From Chamaesiphon sp. (GTDB lineage Bacteria; Cyanobacteriota; Cyanobacteriia; Cyanobacteriales; Chamaesiphonaceae): DNA of 64,000 bases. This document shows, piece by piece, positions 11,491 to 21,672 of the stretch (the first letter of the stretch is position 1; each line of letters starts with the position of its first letter). The notes below the pieces were generated by a model. It did not search any database. It saw only the letters and a program-made list of their open reading frames with translations, and was not told the origin of the DNA. The stretch spans positions 32,001 to 96,000 of the forward strand of contig CBDFFH010000043.1 in assembly GCA_965246715.1 (NCBI GenBank), read 5' to 3'. The position numbers and the translations under genes are program-made.

Positions 11491-11584
11491 TTCACGCTAC
11501 GTTCTGAAGGAGAGGTGTCCCGTGGCAACATGGGCATCGACTCTAATAGAGGTGTCCTCAAGTAATTGAGGCATCGACTCTAAT

Positions 11585-12543
11585 CTCCCGATAACCCAGC
11601 CGATTTGCCCAGATTGTGGGGTCTGCCGATCGTCCATTAATGTCAAAGCACTCGGAATTGGACGGAGAATGTCGGGCTATTTCTAGAACGGCTCTCAGTC
11701 CAATTAGCGATCGCGATCCAACAAGCAGAGCTAATCGAGCGACTCAATCGAGAATTAGCGCAACGCAAGCTCGCCGAAGAAAATCTCCGCCAGCAAGCGA
11801 TCGTCCAACAGGAATGGCTCCAAGAGCTAGCCAAAACCGCCACCCTCTTAAAACGCCGCAATCAAGAAATCGACTCATTTGTCTCGATCGCTTCCCACGA
11901 TCTGCGCGCCCCCCTGCGAGCGATTCGCAATCTCGCCACCTGGCTGGGAGAAGATTTGGTCGAAACGCTCGATCCGAGTGCCCAACAGCAATTTAGCCTG
12001 TTGACATCGCGCGTGCGGCAGATGGAAGCCCTCCTCAACGATCTATTGGACTACGCCCAACTCGGGCGCAAAGAAAATCACCTGACTGCCGTAGCGCTCT
12101 CCGAGCTGCTGCAAGATATAATTCGCGGTTTGGAAGTACCGCCAGAGTTTACGATCGAATTTGCACCAGATCTACCGACGATCGTTACAAATGCCACCGC
12201 CTTTGAGCAAGTCTTCACCAATCTTATCGGGAATGCCATCAAACACCACCATCGTCAAGATGGACACGTAAAGATTACCGCCACTCTCCAAGACGATCTC
12301 TATCGCTTCGAGATCGCTGATGATGGGCCAGGTATTTCCGCCGAATACCATCAAAAGATGTTTGAAATTTTTAAAACATTCAGCAGAACCACCACTGCCG
12401 ATAGTACCGGGATCGGCCTCGCGATCGTCAAAAAGATCGTCGAACTTCAAGGCGGCATGATTACCCTCCAATCTGAACTCGGCAAAGGCACGACCTTCGG
12501 CTTTACTTGGCCGCTCAGCTCAGACATCGAGCCATCTACCTAA
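11585..12543 (+). pseudogene. 5'-truncated GAF-HisKA-HATPase sensor histidine kinase
   Basis: Frame 1: PRLWGLPIVH*CQSTRNW...QLAIAIQQAEL (GAF tail, in-frame TAA at 11638), SHDLRAPL H-box, NLIGNAIKH, DDGPG, GTGIGL-like G2 box. No N-terminus present. Confidence 0.8.
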
Positions 12544-12950
12544 CCCCCCCTAATCCTCAACTGCGCTTGATTACCCACAGATCGATGGCGATCGAGCGCA
12601 GTAATGTAATTGTGGATTGGGAAAGCCTTGCTTTATATGGAGTCTACCAACCGATTTGTCGCCCTTATTCTACTGAAGGCAAGCTCTGCATTCAATCCAT
12701 TGCCCACAGATCGATGGAGCGCGATTGTCATGTCAAATCCGCTTCACAAACCGTTCTTTTGCTCTCAAAAAGGTAGCCCTTTCCCAAGCTTGGGAGCGAC
12801 TCGCGCTCGTCGGGTTTCCCGACGTAAAAAGCGAGACAAGACAGAGGGGAGCCAGAGCCGCAGGTGAGGGCAATGTTAGTGAGTTTTACAAACCGGAGTT
12901 GGTCTCAGAACCTTGCGATCGATCTCGATCGGTTAGCCTCCTCAAACAAC

Positions 12951-13095
12951 CGACTGGACGCACCAATGCGAAGCGCGCCCCGCAACACACCAACAACACC
13001 TTACGCAGGAGAGTTTGAGAGGCGGCGTTCCGCCTCTCAACGGGGGGTCTGGGGGTCGGCACCCCCAGATCCGGGTTCCACCCACCAGCAACCTC
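12951..13095 (+). repeat. GC-rich palindromic dispersed element (same family as 27549-27720 and 27893-27996)
   Basis: Shared GACTGGA..AATGCG.AGCGCGC..CGC.ACAC and GGGGTCTGGGGG..CCCCCAGATCCGGGTTCCACCCACCAGCA. Confidence 0.7.
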
Positions 13096-13350
13096 AAACC
13101 GCAGCCGATCGACAGCCTAAATCCTAGCACCTGGGCGAAAGTTTCAACCCAAAAAATCGGCAAACTTCCAATCGCAATTAGCACAAGCTTTTGCCGCCCC
13201 ACTCCCTCGATCGACGATCGGATCTTAGTCTAAATTATCCCATATGGCAGACGTGTTCAGCGGAGTATAACTGATAAATTGATTGTGTAGAACACACAGG
13301 TTAAAACATGCGATCGGTCGCATTAATTAATTTTAAATCAGGAAAAAATC

Positions 13351-13626
13351 ATGAACTTAATTGCTTGGATCGTCTTAGGTCTGCTTGCAGGTGCAATTGC
13401 TAAAGCCATTTATCCCGGTGCTCAGGGCGGTGGTATTCTCAGCACGATTGTCCTAGGTATTATCGGTGCATTCGTTGGAGGTTCGTTATACACGCTCTTT
13501 AGCACTGGGACGCTACAGCTTACTGCTGCTGGTGCTGGATTTAGTATCCCTGGATTATTTGTTGCAGTTTTAGGCGCGATCGTTGCCATCTATCTGTGGG
13601 GCTTATTAGCACGCAATAGTGCATAA
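13351..13626 (+). CDS. GlsB/YeaQ/YmgE family stress-response membrane protein
   Basis: MNLIAWIVLGLLAGAIAKAIYPG...LGIIGAFVGG signature. Confidence 0.88.
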   Translation: MNLIAWIVLGLLAGAIAKAIYPGAQGGGILSTIVLGIIGAFVGGSLYTLFSTGTLQLTAAGAGFSIPGLFVAVLGAIVAIYLWGLLARNSA

Positions 13627-13792
13627 CCTACGCTCCGGTTTCGACGATCGACTAGTCTAGCTTCGACTGAAATAAACCTGTTGAAACTAGACTAAAGAAC
13701 TTACCGAACTAGACAGCGATCGACCCTAATTTAATCGATCGCCAGATATTTTCATGTCTATATAACTCCTGTCCACACTACAACATTAAATT

Positions 13793-15343
13793 ATGAACGT
13801 TCCTCACTCTCAACTAACCATTACGCAGCTCCTCGCTCGTACCAAAAATATCATTGCGATCGGTTCGTTGTTGGCTAGTGCCTTACTAGTTGACATGACA
13901 ATTTCCACCACACCCGCCGCTGCCGAAACAACCAAACCCGCACCTACTGCCGCTACTCTCCCTCCTGCAAACCGACTCGCCCAAGTCACCCTCAGCGATA
14001 CATCCGGTAACTGGGCCGAGCCATTCATCCAAGTTTTAGCCCAAAAAGGCATCGTCGTCGGCTATCCAGATGGCACTTATCGTCCCGACCAGCTCGTCAC
14101 GCGAGCAGAATTTGCCGCCATCTTAAATAAAGCCTTCGATCTTCCCGCAACTAGAGCAGCCAAGAGATTTAGAGATGTCCCAGATAACTACTGGGGTCGA
14201 GACGCGATCGAAAAAGCCTACCGCGCTGGATTCATCGCTGGCTATCCCAACAATACTTTCGCTCCCAACCAGAACGTCCTGCGGATCGAAGCCCTCGTCG
14301 CCCTCGTCAATGGCAGCAAACTGCAACCAGACGGTAATGTCGCAACCAATATCGACGAAATCTATACCGATGCCGGACAAATCCCCAGCTACGCCCGCAA
14401 CGCGCTGATCGCTGGCACCCAAAAATGCGTCGCCGTGAGTATTTCCTATCCCAGCGGTAAAACCTTCAACGCTTCCGGTACTGCCACTCGCGCCGATGTC
14501 GCTGCCTTCGTCCACCAGGTTCTGGTCGCCAGCGGACGGTTAGAAAGATTGCCCTCAGACAGTCCCGTTCAACAGTATATCGTCAACTGTGCCGCTCAAC
14601 CGCCAGTTGCTAGTGTTCCAGACCTCAATACTCGGCTCGGCTTACCGACACCACCACCCGTCGTTACCACCACAGCAACCAGTCGTGGTGCCACCAATGC
14701 CCCAGTAAATAACGTTACCGTCCCCACCGCATTTGGGGCGAATTTTGGTGATGTCTTCTTTACTGCTGGTTATCAAGATCGCGTCCCCGGAACTGGTTTC
14801 GGTGGTGGGATCGGGCTAGGTAATGCCAAAGAGTATTTCGGTTTGGAAACATCCTATTCGACTAGTGCCAATACAGGTAATAACTCGGTCTTCAATCAAG
14901 GTGCGGTCAACTTCAAGCTACATAAAGCGGTCGGCGAGAATTTTGCGATCGCCGCAGGCTGGGAAAATGCAATCCGCCAAAACCTCCCTAGCAATACCCA
15001 AAACACCTTTTACGGCGTAGTCACAGGGATTATTCCCGTAGGTGAGTCGAGCAACTTTACTGCCTCTGTCGGGGCGGGGAACGGGCGATTCCGCTATCTA
15101 AGTGATGTCACTGCCAATCGCGATACGGTAAATCTATTTGGGAGTTTAGGCTTCCGGGCGACTGAGAATGTCGGTGTCGTCGCTGACTGGGATGGTAATG
15201 GGGTCAACCTCGGTTTACCGTTAACGCTCAAAATCGGCGATAGCCTCGGGTTACAGGTCGTACCCTCGTGGTTGAATGTTTCTGGTTCTAATGGCAGTTC
15301 GAGCCAATTCGGTCTGGGCGGTGGGATCGGCTTCAGTTTCTAA
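13793..15343 (+). CDS. S-layer homology (SLH) domain protein with probable C-terminal outer-membrane beta-barrel
   Basis: Signal peptide; three SLH repeats (GYPDGTYRPDQLVTRAEFA, GYPNNTFAPN, ATRADVAAF); amphipathic strands ending GIGFSF. Confidence 0.8.
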   Translation: MNVPHSQLTITQLLARTKNIIAIGSLLASALLVDMTISTTPAAAETTKPAPTAATLPPANRLAQVTLSDTSGNWAEPFIQVLAQKGIVVGYPDGTYRPDQLVTRAEFAAILNKAFDLPATRAAKRFRDVPDNYWGRDAIEKAYRAGFIAGYPNNTFAPNQNVLRIEALVALVNGSKLQPDGNVATNIDEIYTDAGQIPSYARNALIAGTQKCVAVSISYPSGKTFNASGTATRADVAAFVHQVLVASGRLERLPSDSPVQQYIVNCAAQPPVASVPDLNTRLGLPTPPPVVTTTATSRGATNAPVNNVTVPTAFGANFGDVFFTAGYQDRVPGTGFGGGIGLGNAKEYFGLETSYSTSANTGNNSVFNQGAVNFKLHKAVGENFAIAAGWENAIRQNLPSNTQNTFYGVVTGIIPVGESSNFTASVGAGNGRFRYLSDVTANRDTVNLFGSLGFRATENVGVVADWDGNGVNLGLPLTLKIGDSLGLQVVPSWLNVSGSNGSSSQFGLGGGIGFSF

Positions 15344-15509
15344 ACCACGATCGCAGTGAGAGTCGCTTGCCGTGCTTGCGGCTCTTCTCGGTGCTGTCTA
15401 ACCCCTCTTCAGGAGCGGTGGGATGCTCTACATCCTACTTTAAAAGTCTCTTGCTTCAAGCTCGCTCTAGCTCTAATTCCAACCTCATCTTTGCAAACTT
15501 AGATTCTTT

Positions 15510-16124
15510 ATGCTAAAAATCAAACTTTTGAGTGCGATCGTTACAGGCGCGTTAATGTCGCCAGTTTTGCTATCTGCGCCAGCATCAGCACAAGTCAGAT
15601 TTGGCAATGTCGGTAGTGAAGGTGTCAATAGTATCGTCGGTAGTGGGTCGAAGCGGCGCGGTGCGAGTCAATCGATCTCTAGTTTCGACACCAATATTCA
15701 ATCTAAAATCAATAGTACTAGTGCCGGACTGACAGTAGCCTCCGTTAGCGGTACTCAGACTGTTTTAGGTCAAACCGTGAATGTTGATAGTGCCACGATG
15801 CAAACGGCATTCGATTTGATTAACTCGCCGATGGGTGCGGATACTCCCGCGCGGGCTGCTTTCGCTCAAAGTTTGGGGAATAGCAGCAGCGCTCAAAATC
15901 TAGCAGTGGCGATGCAAGGGATGCGCAAGGGCGATGGCACGATCGATGCTACGGTATTGACGAATTCGGTCAATGCTTATAATGCTTATATTCAAACATT
16001 AGCGTCAGATCCCAAAGCAAGTGCGCGCTCTACTAGCGAACTCGATACCTACATCCAAAGCTTACCTCCTGGCCAAAAGGTCGCCCAGGTATTATTAGGT
16101 AAGTTGCTCGAAGCTGGTCGTTAA
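15510..16124 (+). CDS. Hypothetical secreted protein
   Basis: 204-aa ORF with signal peptide ending APASA. Confidence 0.7.
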   Translation: MLKIKLLSAIVTGALMSPVLLSAPASAQVRFGNVGSEGVNSIVGSGSKRRGASQSISSFDTNIQSKINSTSAGLTVASVSGTQTVLGQTVNVDSATMQTAFDLINSPMGADTPARAAFAQSLGNSSSAQNLAVAMQGMRKGDGTIDATVLTNSVNAYNAYIQTLASDPKASARSTSELDTYIQSLPPGQKVAQVLLGKLLEAGR

Positions 16125-16229
16125 TCGATCGCTTATCTCGTTAGATCTGCAAAGGGTAGGTTTTTGCCAATAGCTATCGATATCGATCGATAACATACAC
16201 GCAAAACCTACCTTACCGATGAAGAGGTC

Positions 16230-16868
16230 CTAAGTACCGGGCAATTCGCGCAGTCGATCGCTCAAATGCGATCGATCGGCTAGTACTTTTAAAAGTGGCC
16301 CATGTTGTCCGAACTCGACGATACTCACGCTACCGACTGGCATCCCCAACCGATAGCGAAATCGCCCCGCATCGATACCTAGCAGGCTGCACAACAAGAT
16401 CCGAATCGTTGCCTTATGGGAGACGATTAATACATTTCCGGTCGTGTGTTTCTGGCTGATTTCTTCGAGGACGGCAATCGCTCGCGTGGCAATTGTCATC
16501 GCGGACTCGCCATCAGTCGGGGCATTCCAGCCCGGATCTGCCAACCAGCGCAGATAGTCATCATGATATTCGCGATCGACTGTAGCGACATCTTTGCCTT
16601 CCCACGCTCCATAATTAATTTCCTGCAATCCATCCCGCAGTTGCAAATCGATATTTAACATGTTTGCTAACGGCTCGGCTGTCAAAATTGCCCGTTCTTT
16701 CGGACTACAATAAATCGCCTCCCAGTGAGTACTAGTATAAGCTTTAGCAAATACTTCGGCCATTTCTTCGCCGTCGGGAGTCAAGCCCGGATCGATCGAT
16801 CCGCAAAATAAATTACCGCGACTGGAGGCAGTTTGTCCGTGCCGAAGAAAGTAAATGTTTAGAGTCAT
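16230..16868 (-). CDS. Histidine phosphatase (phosphoglycerate mutase family)
   Basis: LRHGQT, L+E+xYGxWEG and VSH motifs; start at MTLNIYF. Confidence 0.9.
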   Translation of the reverse strand: MTLNIYFLRHGQTASSRGNLFCGSIDPGLTPDGEEMAEVFAKAYTSTHWEAIYCSPKERAILTAEPLANMLNIDLQLRDGLQEINYGAWEGKDVATVDREYHDDYLRWLADPGWNAPTDGESAMTIATRAIAVLEEISQKHTTGNVLIVSHKATIRILLCSLLGIDAGRFRYRLGMPVGSVSIVEFGQHGPLLKVLADRSHLSDRLRELPGT

Positions 16869-17148
16869 AAGTTTAGATCGGTACGATCGGATAGATGATC
16901 CATAGGTCGATAATAAACTGATTCCAGTCACCAACCACCAGTCGATCGACTAACATCACAATCGATAGCTCGATCGGTCTACTCAATATTTCGCACTAAT
17001 GCACATGGCTTAGTTCCGCCAATACTGGGGTTGTTGGGTTTCGAGGTTCAACTCCAGATACTTTGACATGATGTCGATCGGGATTTGGATGGATTATAAT
17101 GGTTAACATGTATTTGACGACATACTATCCGCTAAATCTGGACTAAAT

Positions 17149-17363
17149 AACGTGAGTTCGGGATAAGGATTACCGATCTATGATTGCTAGCTTCGTTTCT
17201 GCACCGCCCTCAAATAAATTTGGGGCTAATAGCAAAAGTTCGTTTTAACGAACTAAGAAATTTGGTAGTTCTCTTAAGAGAACTTGAGCTATTAGCCCGA
17301 ACTTCTAGTTCAGGGCGGTGCTATAGCGGAGCAAATCAATTTTTATTATCCCGAACTGAGGTT
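17149..17363. mobile_element. MITE with AACGTSAGTTCGGGATAA-type TIRs, copy 1
   Basis: AACGTGAGTTCGGGATAA...TTATCCCGAACTGAGGTT flanked by AAAT on both sides. Confidence 0.75.
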
Positions 17364-17595
17364 AAATAAGTCTTGGAACGATGCCGCATTTGGACAATTT
17401 TTCACTATTCTTGGTCACATAGCTGCGAAAGCTGGAGCCATAGTAATCGCGAAAAATTTAAGAGGCATGGTATTTAATAATTCAATATTTTAATATAATC
17501 TCGAGCGATTCATGTGGAATTTGCGATCGCGATCGAACAGTTCAAATTCTTTTTACTACGGTTATAAATGTTCTGTGGGCAGTGCCCACCTTACT

Positions 17596-17680
17596 GACTG
17601 GAGGCAGTTCGTCCGTGTCGAAGAAAGTAAATGTCTAGAGTCATAAATTTAGATCGGTACGATCGAATAGACGATCCATA
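17596..17680 (-). repeat. Diverged 85-bp duplicate of 16820-16904 (5' end and leader of the phosphatase gene)
   Basis: Direct alignment by eye; encodes MTLDIYFLRHGRTASS. Confidence 0.85.
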
Positions 17681-17794
17681 CCATCCTAATCTCTCGAAAG
17701 ATAGATAAGCAATCTCGCTCTGGAGAGGGAAGCCTCTGAGCTTCGGCATTGTTAGGATTAGCGGATATACTACCATCGCACCCATACATCTGCT

Positions 17795-18310
17795 ATGAAT
17801 TATCTTGTCGCAGTACTACCGAACCAAAGCCAAGCCGAAGCCGCCTATTCAGCGTTAGCAGCCCAAGGTTTACCTCACGATCGAATCGATATTCTTGGCA
17901 ATGGCTATCAAAGTGCCGATGACTATGGACTGATTAATCCTAGAACAGAAGCCCGCAAAGAAATCAAGCGAGAATTATATTGGTTGATTGCATTTGGATT
18001 TGTGGCTGGTTTTACCTTTAATTTGCTGACAAGCATTGAAATCATACCCACGATCGCACCGATTGGCAACCATGTGCTGGGCGGAATCTTTGGTGCTGCT
18101 GCTGGCGGATTGGGTGCTTATCTGAGTGGTGGCGCGATCGGATTAACGATCGGTAGTGGTGATGCTTTGCCATACCGCAATCGGCTCGATGCTGGCAAAT
18201 ACCTAATTATTGTCAAGGGTTCGGACGAACTCACCCAGCAAGCGACGCGGACTTTGCGCCAGTTCGAGCTGGAGAATATTCAAGGATATACCGAACCCGT
18301 TGGTGCGTAA
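17795..18310 (+). CDS. Conserved cyanobacterial membrane protein (general-stress-like)
   Basis: 171 aa with two Gly-rich TM segments; YRNRLDAGKYLIIV. Confidence 0.75.
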   Translation: MNYLVAVLPNQSQAEAAYSALAAQGLPHDRIDILGNGYQSADDYGLINPRTEARKEIKRELYWLIAFGFVAGFTFNLLTSIEIIPTIAPIGNHVLGGIFGAAAGGLGAYLSGGAIGLTIGSGDALPYRNRLDAGKYLIIVKGSDELTQQATRTLRQFELENIQGYTEPVGA

Positions 18311-18444
18311 TGACACTCGAGCTGCGGCCACTCTGACGTGGCATGGCTCGTCAGCGATGATGCCAAAACTCTGCTAAGATAATAGGTAGGGGCAAACTAC
18401 AAAACTAGTTTGCCCCTATGCTTCTTGGAATAATATATTACCAG

Positions 18445-18469
18445 GAGTGGGTCGAACCCCACTTTTTTT
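18445..18469 (+). promoter_or_regulatory. rimP leader hairpin / attenuator-like terminator
   Basis: GAGTGGGTCGAACCCCACTTTTTTT upstream of rimP-nusA. Confidence 0.6.
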
Positions 18470-18651
18470 GTCGTTGTTTACCGCCGCACGCAAGCAAAAT
18501 CGCTATTCGATCGTGTGTCATCGAGTTCGAGTAATTTAAATTACGAATTCACCCATCGGTACAGCTCGATCGTGGATCGAGATCGCCACTAGTTACTGAC
18601 TTAGCTCGAATATTTATTTCTCAGTTAATAGCCCTTAGTCCCGCCACATTT

Positions 18652-19113
18652 ATGGCTCATCCCCTCATTCCCAAAATCACCGACATCGCTAACCCAATCG
18701 CCGCAGAATTGGGGTTAGAAGTAGTTGCAGTTGTCTTTCATACCAATCAACGTCCCCCAGCACTGCGGGTAGATATCCGCAATCCGACGGCGGACACTGG
18801 ATTACAAGACTGCGAACGCATGAGCCGCGCCTTAGAAGCAGCATTAGATGCCGATGAGATCGTGCCATTTGCCTATGCGCTGGAGGTTTCTAGTCCCGGT
18901 ACGAGTAGAGAGCTGACAACCGATCGTGAGTTTAATGCCTTCAGCGGCTTCGCAGTGCGAGTTACTACCGATCTACCTGTGGATGGCAAAACCGAATGGC
19001 AAGGCCAATTAATTCGGCGGGATGAAACCAAAATTTATCTGAGTCAGAAAGGCCGAACGGTCGAAATTCTCCGAGAATCAGTCGGTAAAGTTTATTTAGA
19101 CGACGCGCTCTAG
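18652..19113 (+). CDS. rimP: Ribosome maturation factor RimP
   Basis: DCERMSRALE...YALEVSSPG; synteny with nusA. Confidence 0.95.
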   Translation: MAHPLIPKITDIANPIAAELGLEVVAVVFHTNQRPPALRVDIRNPTADTGLQDCERMSRALEAALDADEIVPFAYALEVSSPGTSRELTTDREFNAFSGFAVRVTTDLPVDGKTEWQGQLIRRDETKIYLSQKGRTVEILRESVGKVYLDDAL

Positions 19114-19199
19114 ATTTTCGATCGATAGCAACCGATCGAGATATTTTTGCGGACAGCAGCAATCGTTCGTCGCATTTCCTCACTCTTCTTTAACTAAAT

Positions 19200-20498
19200 A
19201 TGCCAAAATCTAAACAACAGAAAAAAAGTAACGTTAGTTTGCCACAATTGCGAAACATGATTGAGGAAATCAGTCGCGATCGCAACCTCCCCAGCTCCTC
19301 GGTTCAAACCGCATTGCGGGAAGCACTACTCAAAGGGTACGAACGCTATCGGCGATCGCAACACCTAGATCAAATGCAGTTTGAAGAAAACTATTTTGAT
19401 AACTTCGATGTGTTTCTCAACCTAGATGAAGAAGCTTTTCAAGTAGTTGCCACCAAAACGATCGTTGAAGTTGTCAATAATGAAGATCGCGAAATCTCAA
19501 TTGAGGATGTCAAAAATAGTTTAGAACAAGAATCCTCCGAAGAACTCAGCGAGGAAAAGCTCAAGGAGCTGATTGGCGACTCGGTAATCTTGGATGTGAC
19601 TCCCGAACGTGAAGATTTTGGGCGGATGGCGGCGATTCAAGCCAAGCAAGTCCTCGCCCAAAAACTGCGCGACCAACAACGGAAAATCATTCAAGAAGAA
19701 TTCGAGCAATTTGAAGGCAGTGCCTTGAATGGTAAAGTCTTGCGATTTGAACGTCAGTCGGTAATTTTATCGGTAAATAGTAGTTTCGGCCAGCCAGATG
19801 TCGAAGCCGAACTCCCCCAAAAAGAGCAACTCCCGAACGATAACTATCGGATCGGCCGGACGTTTAAAGTCTTTCTGAAAAAAGTCCGTGAGGGATCGCA
19901 ACGCGGCCCGCAATTGCTAGTATCGCGGGGAGCCGCTGGTTTAGTCGTCGAGCTATTTGCCAACGAAGTCCCCGAAATCGAAGAAGAACTCGTGCGGATC
20001 GTCGCTGTGGCGCGTGAAGCCAGTCCACCTTCGCGTCATGTGGGGCCGCGTACTAAAATTGCCGTAGATACCTTAGAAGGCGATGTAGACCCTGTAGGTG
20101 CGTGTATCGGCGCGCGGGGTTCGCGGATTCAGGTCGTAGTCAATGAATTGCAAGGCGAAAAAATTGACGTGATCCGCTGGTCGCCAGATCCTTCGACCTA
20201 TATTTCAAATGCCCTCAGCCCAGCACGGATCGATGAAGTCAGATTGGTCGATCCCGATGGTCGTCAAGCGCACGTTTTGGTACCAGAGGATCAGTTAAGT
20301 TTAGCGATCGGTAAAGAAGGTCAAAATGTCCGACTAGCTGCGCGGTTGACTGGTTGGAAAATCGACATCAAGGATAGTGCTAAGTACGATCCCGTCGCGG
20401 CAATGGCCGAAGTCACATCCCAACGCCAAGCTGAATCTGATTATCACTCGCGCTATCGTCCCGATTATCAAGATGCTGGTTATGCGGATGAGGATTGA
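19200..20498 (+). CDS. nusA: Transcription factor NusA
   Basis: FGRMAAIQAKQ, DPVGACIGARGSRI, LAIGKEGQNVRLAARLTGWKIDI. Confidence 0.97.
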   Translation: MPKSKQQKKSNVSLPQLRNMIEEISRDRNLPSSSVQTALREALLKGYERYRRSQHLDQMQFEENYFDNFDVFLNLDEEAFQVVATKTIVEVVNNEDREISIEDVKNSLEQESSEELSEEKLKELIGDSVILDVTPEREDFGRMAAIQAKQVLAQKLRDQQRKIIQEEFEQFEGSALNGKVLRFERQSVILSVNSSFGQPDVEAELPQKEQLPNDNYRIGRTFKVFLKKVREGSQRGPQLLVSRGAAGLVVELFANEVPEIEEELVRIVAVAREASPPSRHVGPRTKIAVDTLEGDVDPVGACIGARGSRIQVVVNELQGEKIDVIRWSPDPSTYISNALSPARIDEVRLVDPDGRQAHVLVPEDQLSLAIGKEGQNVRLAARLTGWKIDIKDSAKYDPVAAMAEVTSQRQAESDYHSRYRPDYQDAGYADED

Positions 20499-20588
20499 AG
20501 CAGTGGTTAGTCTCATAAGTAGGGTCAGCAATACCAGCCCTTTTAATGTGACAAAAGACTTTAGCTAATTAATAGTAGGCTAATAAGT

Positions 20589-20934
20589 AATGTCAGTTCG
20601 GGATAAGAATAGCCTGGAGACTGAAGTCTCGGCTCATGATGCAAAGTCCGCCTGTCTTGACGCGCTAAACCCTCGGGGAACCCGAGGAGCGCGCGTCGCT
20701 GTCTTGAAAAGGTGCTCTACTTGGGGAAGCCCCAAGACCGCACTTTTCGCTTCGCGGACTAATTATCTAGTCCGCGAAGGCAGGCTTTTGCCGCTCGCGG
20801 CAACAACCGGACTTTGCACTATTAGCACCGATTTGCGGCGCGCGCTCCTCGGCTTTGCCGAGGGTTTAGCGCGACAAGACACAATCGAGTGCGGTGCTTG
20901 AACGAAGCAAATATCCTTAACCCGAACTCACGTT
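20589..20934. mobile_element. MITE with AACGTSAGTTCGGGATAA-type TIRs, copy 2
   Basis: AATGTCAGTTCGGGATAAG...CTTAACCCGAACTCACGTT; interior is a mosaic of short GC-rich repeats. Confidence 0.7.
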
Positions 20935-21246
20935 AATTAGGGTGGGCAGTGCCCACCAGAGACTTTAGCTAATTAATAGAGGTATAGCGTTTCTAATCCT
21001 AGTGAAGGGCATTATTAATGGTTTTAGTGGCTAGTGAATGTACCTCATTTGATTGGTGACCGCTATATTTAATTAATTATTAAGTAGGTCGGCGTAAATA
21101 TTTACAACATCAGAAAATCCTGAAATATAGATGGTGGGCAATGCCCACCCTACACGTTATTTTATATTTAATTACTACTCTTTATTTCAGGGACTGTATC
21201 CAGAGTAAATTATCCCTAAATTCAGCAACGCCTAATCTTTTTTAAG

Positions 21247-21672
21247 ATGGATCGAATTAAGATTGCGATAACAATTCAGGAAATATCTGACTGTTTTCCA
21301 GTAATGCAAGAACTGAGATCGCAGCTCGAACTCAATTCATTTATTGCCCGAGTACAACGACAACAACAGCAATATAATTATCGACTCATCTATCTCCAAG
21401 TCGATCGAACGATCCAAGCGGTGGCTGGATTTAGAATTTCAGAAAACTTGGTATGGGGAAAATTTTTATATGTCGATGATTTGGTGACTAGCGCTAATGC
21501 TCGATCGCGAGGCTATGGATCCGAATTATTTAATTGGCTGGAGCACCATGCTCGGAGTCACGATTGCCAGCAATTAACGCTCGATTCTGGCGTACAAAGA
21601 TTTGCTGCCCATCGATTCTATCTAACCCAGCGGATGAATATTACTAGCCATCATTTTACACTTGAGCTATGA
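21247..21672 (+). CDS. GNAT family N-acetyltransferase
   Basis: LYVDDLVT...RSRGYG, LDSGVQRFAAHRFY. Confidence 0.9.
   Translation: MDRIKIAITIQEISDCFPVMQELRSQLELNSFIARVQRQQQQYNYRLIYLQVDRTIQAVAGFRISENLVWGKFLYVDDLVTSANARSRGYGSELFNWLEHHARSHDCQQLTLDSGVQRFAAHRFYLTQRMNITSHHFTLEL

Larger units (their letters stand above)
6797..11547 (+). mobile_element. Group II intron 3 (CL/IIB, paralog of intron 2); own sequence is 6797-9062 plus 11491-11547; hosts intron 4
   Basis: 5' GTGCGGTTCGTT at 6797. Split DV GGAGCGTAGTGAAGGGAAACT|TTCACGCTACGTTC; DVI ends GACTCTAAT at 11547. Confidence 0.9.
4507..11584 (+). mobile_element. Group II intron 2 (CL/IIB); own sequence is 4507-6796 plus 11548-11584; hosts introns 3 and 4
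   Basis: 5' GTGCGGTTCGTT. DV GGAGCCGTGTGCGGTTAACGTCGCACGCACGGTTC-TGAACG rejoins AGAGGTGTCCTCAAGTAATTGAGGCATCGACTCTAAT (DVI, AY end). Confidence 0.9.

Noticed and set aside
11548..11584. Final domain VI assigned to intron 1
   Set aside because: Nesting order and the restored TTCTGAACG-AGAGG linker assign it to intron 2
11616..11996. 126-aa ORF from the track
   Set aside because: Off-frame shadow of the kinase pseudogene
12507..13233. Cluster of short overlapping ORFs
   Set aside because: They derive from GC-rich palindromic repeats and show no protein motifs
20590..20901. 103-aa ORF between nusA and GNAT
   Set aside because: Lies entirely within a MITE made of short repeats
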